A stretch of 64,000 bases of DNA, taken from the sequence record OR352947.1; one strand, written 5' to 3'. This DNA is from Escherichia phage AV117. Shown piece after piece: positions 61,257-64,000 of this stretch. Every line of letters begins with the position of its first letter. The stretch's first letter is position 1. Under the pieces are notes generated by a model, which had not been told where the DNA came from, did not search any database, and saw only the letters and a program-made list of their open reading frames with translations. The position numbers and the translations under genes are program-made.

Positions 61257-61520
61257 TTACTTATCGCACTTAGCAACATAATTAGGCATATCACAGAATA
61301 CGGAGCGAGTAACTACTCGGCCCTTTGACCATGCTTCAGTTGCTTGTCCGGCTGTGCTATTAATATAGCTTGATCTAATGTTCTCAATACCCTGAGAATG
61401 TGATGCATTTACAGAACCATTAGAAGTCCCAGAAGACTGGTTACTACCAGCTGCACCCGTGGTAGCACCAACAGAGAATGCCATCATTACTGCGAATAAA
61501 CCAATTACTAATTTTTTCAT
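61257..61520 (-). CDS. small secreted protein (87 aa) with signal peptide
   Basis: MKKLVIGLFAVMMAFSVGA signal sequence; Ser/Gly/Asn-rich mature region; C-terminal Cys pair; late promoter upstream. Confidence 0.5.
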   Translation of the reverse strand: MKKLVIGLFAVMMAFSVGATTGAAGSNQSSGTSNGSVNASHSQGIENIRSSYINSTAGQATEAWSKGRVVTRSVFCDMPNYVAKCDK

Positions 61521-61551
61521 ATTTACCTCAAGTTAATGGTTATTTATCTAC

Positions 61552-62541
61552 TTATTTATAGTAAGAATTATGATTTTCGAGATAGACTTGTTCAAGGAAG
61601 TCATCCCAGAAACTCATATCTACTTTTTGTTGCATACCGTTCTTGGCAGCTTGTTCTGACGCATGTTCAACTTGGTCAACGATATCTTCTAGGAATTCTT
61701 GAACAGTTTTAAACGTATGTTTACCAAGCTTAACATCGAGAATAAATGGAGCATCCTGAAGTGGGTAAACCAGGTCGCCTGTTTTGTAAATTTCCAATAA
61801 TTGAAGTCCACCACGACATGCATGACTCAATGCTTTCCAGTCAATACCTTCGTTAGCTTCTGCCTTACGAGCACGTTCACCATAGTTCTCTTCCAGTTTA
61901 ACCAGGATGGCATTGAACTCTTTATTGGTTAACGTGTCTTGGAATTTACGGTCTAACAGATTATAGAATGTTTGCTTACCTGTTTTCTCGTTTTCAGTTT
62001 CAACCCACGAAGCAAATTCACCTACAGGCAGAACATTCTTCATATGTGATAAACGAATTACCGCACCATTATCAAAGTATTGTCCCCATTCATTAGAACG
62101 TTTAAGGGCTTGACGAAGAACAGCCAGTCGAGAACCCTTGACACCGTATTTAGAAGCTTGCTTACGGACATACCCTAAATAAGATTTCATGTTAGTGGTA
62201 TAGAAACGAGACCTGTTATCTTGAATATACTTCCATACATCAGGCAAATCAGATTTAACTACTAAACTTGGTGGAGTGTGAAGCATATCTAATGCGACGG
62301 TTTCACCATCCGCCGCTAATTTAAAGAAATATTTGAGACTATACAACTCATGGTCTACGTCGTCTTTTGTGTTCTTAGAAGATGTGTTATTCGTGTTCTT
62401 GCTCATGTGTTCTTTAACGTTACCGGTCAAGATATCACGAGCGTGAGGGACATAAATTTCTTTAAAATCGACGTCAGATTCAGGAGTAGACGTTCCGTAA
62501 AGGTGGCTACCAAAGTAGCCTTTCATAATTGTTTTCATCAT
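61552..62541 (-). CDS. Pol-beta-superfamily nucleotidyltransferase-fold protein (329 aa)
   Basis: N-terminal GYFGSHLYGTSTPESDVDF (GS...[DE]x[DE] minimal NTase signature) with a downstream acidic residue (VALDML); helical C-terminal domain. Confidence 0.5.
   Translation of the reverse strand: MMKTIMKGYFGSHLYGTSTPESDVDFKEIYVPHARDILTGNVKEHMSKNTNNTSSKNTKDDVDHELYSLKYFFKLAADGETVALDMLHTPPSLVVKSDLPDVWKYIQDNRSRFYTTNMKSYLGYVRKQASKYGVKGSRLAVLRQALKRSNEWGQYFDNGAVIRLSHMKNVLPVGEFASWVETENEKTGKQTFYNLLDRKFQDTLTNKEFNAILVKLEENYGERARKAEANEGIDWKALSHACRGGLQLLEIYKTGDLVYPLQDAPFILDVKLGKHTFKTVQEFLEDIVDQVEHASEQAAKNGMQQKVDMSFWDDFLEQVYLENHNSYYK
61553..61560 (-). promoter_or_regulatory. T4 late promoter TATAAATA upstream of the secreted-protein gene
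   Basis: tatttata on the plus strand about 33 nt before the ATG at 61520. Confidence 0.5.
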
Positions 62542-63011
62542 TTAGCCTTATATTCAAGAGTAGGACAGATTTTTTCTTTACGAGCTTTAAGGTATTCACC
62601 TATTAATGATTTCTTACGTTCAATAGGTTCAAGTCCGTTTTTAATTCGTTCTTGGTTTTGCGCAATGAGCTCAATTTCTTTATAATATTTTCTGTCGTTA
62701 TATTTGTCTAACAACCAAGACGGACCAATTACCAACCCGGCAGAAATAAAAGCCATGACTGCTACCATTAAAATGCCTACACCAATTGAGGCCGGAACTA
62801 ATGTCCATAGACTGCTAAAAACAAAGAATCTAGTTAAAATTTCTTGGCCAATGATTGTTACTGCTGCTAAAATCGCAAATCCAATAATTGAAACAGCCAA
62901 TACCGGGATTAACGTTTTCCAAAAATAAGCACACAACGTTTTCGGACGATTCCATGTACTATTGAACGCGGCATAAATTTTAAAGTGCCAAGAGTTTTCA
63001 TTGATAATCAT
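62538..63011 (-). CDS. hypothetical membrane protein (157 aa)
   Basis: 2-3 predicted TM helices (LIPVLAVSIIGFAILAAVTIIG; VGILMVAVMAFISAGLVIG). Confidence 0.5.
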   Translation of the reverse strand: MIINENSWHFKIYAAFNSTWNRPKTLCAYFWKTLIPVLAVSIIGFAILAAVTIIGQEILTRFFVFSSLWTLVPASIGVGILMVAVMAFISAGLVIGPSWLLDKYNDRKYYKEIELIAQNQERIKNGLEPIERKKSLIGEYLKARKEKICPTLEYKAK

Positions 63012-63020
63012 AATAATTCC

Positions 63021-63563
63021 TTATTTCAAAGTCGGGATAATAGAATCAAGATAAGCTTTAAGAGCAACTGCTTCATCTTTGTCTAATGTAACGATATGTT
63101 GACGAAGGTCATCAATTTGACGAATAACTACGACATCACCATCTTCATAAGAAGGATTAACGCCTAGGACTGTTGTATAGTCAGGGCGGTCCTGATTTGT
63201 AATAAAAGCATTACGGCATTTAGCCCATTGAAGTTTGGCCTTTTTGGCTGTTTCAGATTCCATGAATTCTTTCACTTTAGCGACGAATGTTTTCCAATTA
63301 TTAATAGAAAAACATTCGTCTTCAGTTTCGATATTAACCCCACTATAAAGTCCATGATAAAAACGAACTTGAAGGTCTTCGTTAATGTTAATTACAGATG
63401 CATGACCCGGTGGATTGAGTTTCAAAATCTTGTCTAGTTCCATAGGAAGAATAGTAGCAGCATCATCTTCTTGTGTCAGAACATACACATAACCACGTTT
63501 TTCGATACATAAATCACCAAACAACTCGGTTGTTTCAATTACAGTTTTCATATTATTCACCAA
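63021..63563 (-). CDS. hypothetical protein (180 aa)
   Basis: ORF. Confidence 0.5.
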   Translation of the reverse strand: MVNNMKTVIETTELFGDLCIEKRGYVYVLTQEDDAATILPMELDKILKLNPPGHASVININEDLQVRFYHGLYSGVNIETEDECFSINNWKTFVAKVKEFMESETAKKAKLQWAKCRNAFITNQDRPDYTTVLGVNPSYEDGDVVVIRQIDDLRQHIVTLDKDEAVALKAYLDSIIPTLK

Positions 63564-64000
63564 TTAAAGTTTCAACAAAATTCACCAAAGCATTCTGACA
63601 AGCATCAACCTGATTTTCATAAAAGTCTACATTATCATTTACCGCATGATAAGCTACATCATTCAAATCTGAATCGGCTTCACGTAAGTCACGGATAAGG
63701 TCCATCAATTTATTAGCTTGTTCACGGGTCATTTTACCATACTCGTTTCAATAAGATTCACTATGCCGTTTACCATGTTATAAGTAAACATCGGATAATT
63801 GTATTGTACTACAACATAAGCGATAAGCAAAAGTTTCATTTTGTTCTCCATTTGTTTTGGTAGGACTACTATAACATAGTCCTACCAAGACGTAAACTAC
63901 CGATTGTGTTTTAAATGTTGATAAAGCTCTTCAACTTGTTTGGGGTCCAAAACAATTAAGTCATTTTCTTGGCGAAGATAAATCCATCCCTTATCCCCAG

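Noticed and set aside
1-64000. CRISPR arrays, tRNA genes, integrase or transposase genes
   Set aside because: No direct-repeat/spacer periodicity, no cloverleaf-like tRNA candidates, and no recombinase motifs seen. The window is a contiguous lytic-phage replication region.

Overview
This window reads as a T4-type (Tevenvirinae) phage early/middle gene region, closest to RB69 by my recollection of the gp43, RegA, gp45 and gp49 sequences. Nearly all genes are on the minus strand. The order follows the T4 map: motA, 52, ndd, rIIB, rIIA, fused 39(+60), dexA, dda, a modA/modB-like pair, soc, 56, 61, sp, imm-like, dmd, 41, 40, uvsX, then 43, regA, 62, 44, 45, 46, 47, 55, nrdG, nrdD, 49 and nrdC. 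The main departure from T4 is at 30176-36689, between uvsX and gene 43. Where T4 carries beta-gt and imm, this phage keeps a gp42-type dCMP hydroxymethylase and adds a KpsF/GutQ-like arabinose-5-phosphate isomerase, a bifunctional sugar-1-phosphate nucleotidyltransferase/anomeric-kinase, a small HAD phosphatase, a thymidylate-kinase-like protein and two unknown enzymes. No alpha-gt is present between 47 and 55, and a GT-B-like glycosyltransferase sits between rIIA and 39 (8828-9928). I infer a phage-encoded NDP-pentose (probably arabinose) donor pathway feeding glycosylation of hmC DNA. Non-coding structure is dense: T4-style early promoters (GTTTAC-N17/18-TATAAT-like) embedded in palindromes, several duplicated nearly verbatim, UUCG-tetraloop terminators, and three TATAAATA late promoters. 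All calls are from reading the sequence and from memory of T4/RB69 proteins; no searches were run. Coordinates for non-ORF features are hand-counted and approximate (about +/-2 nt).
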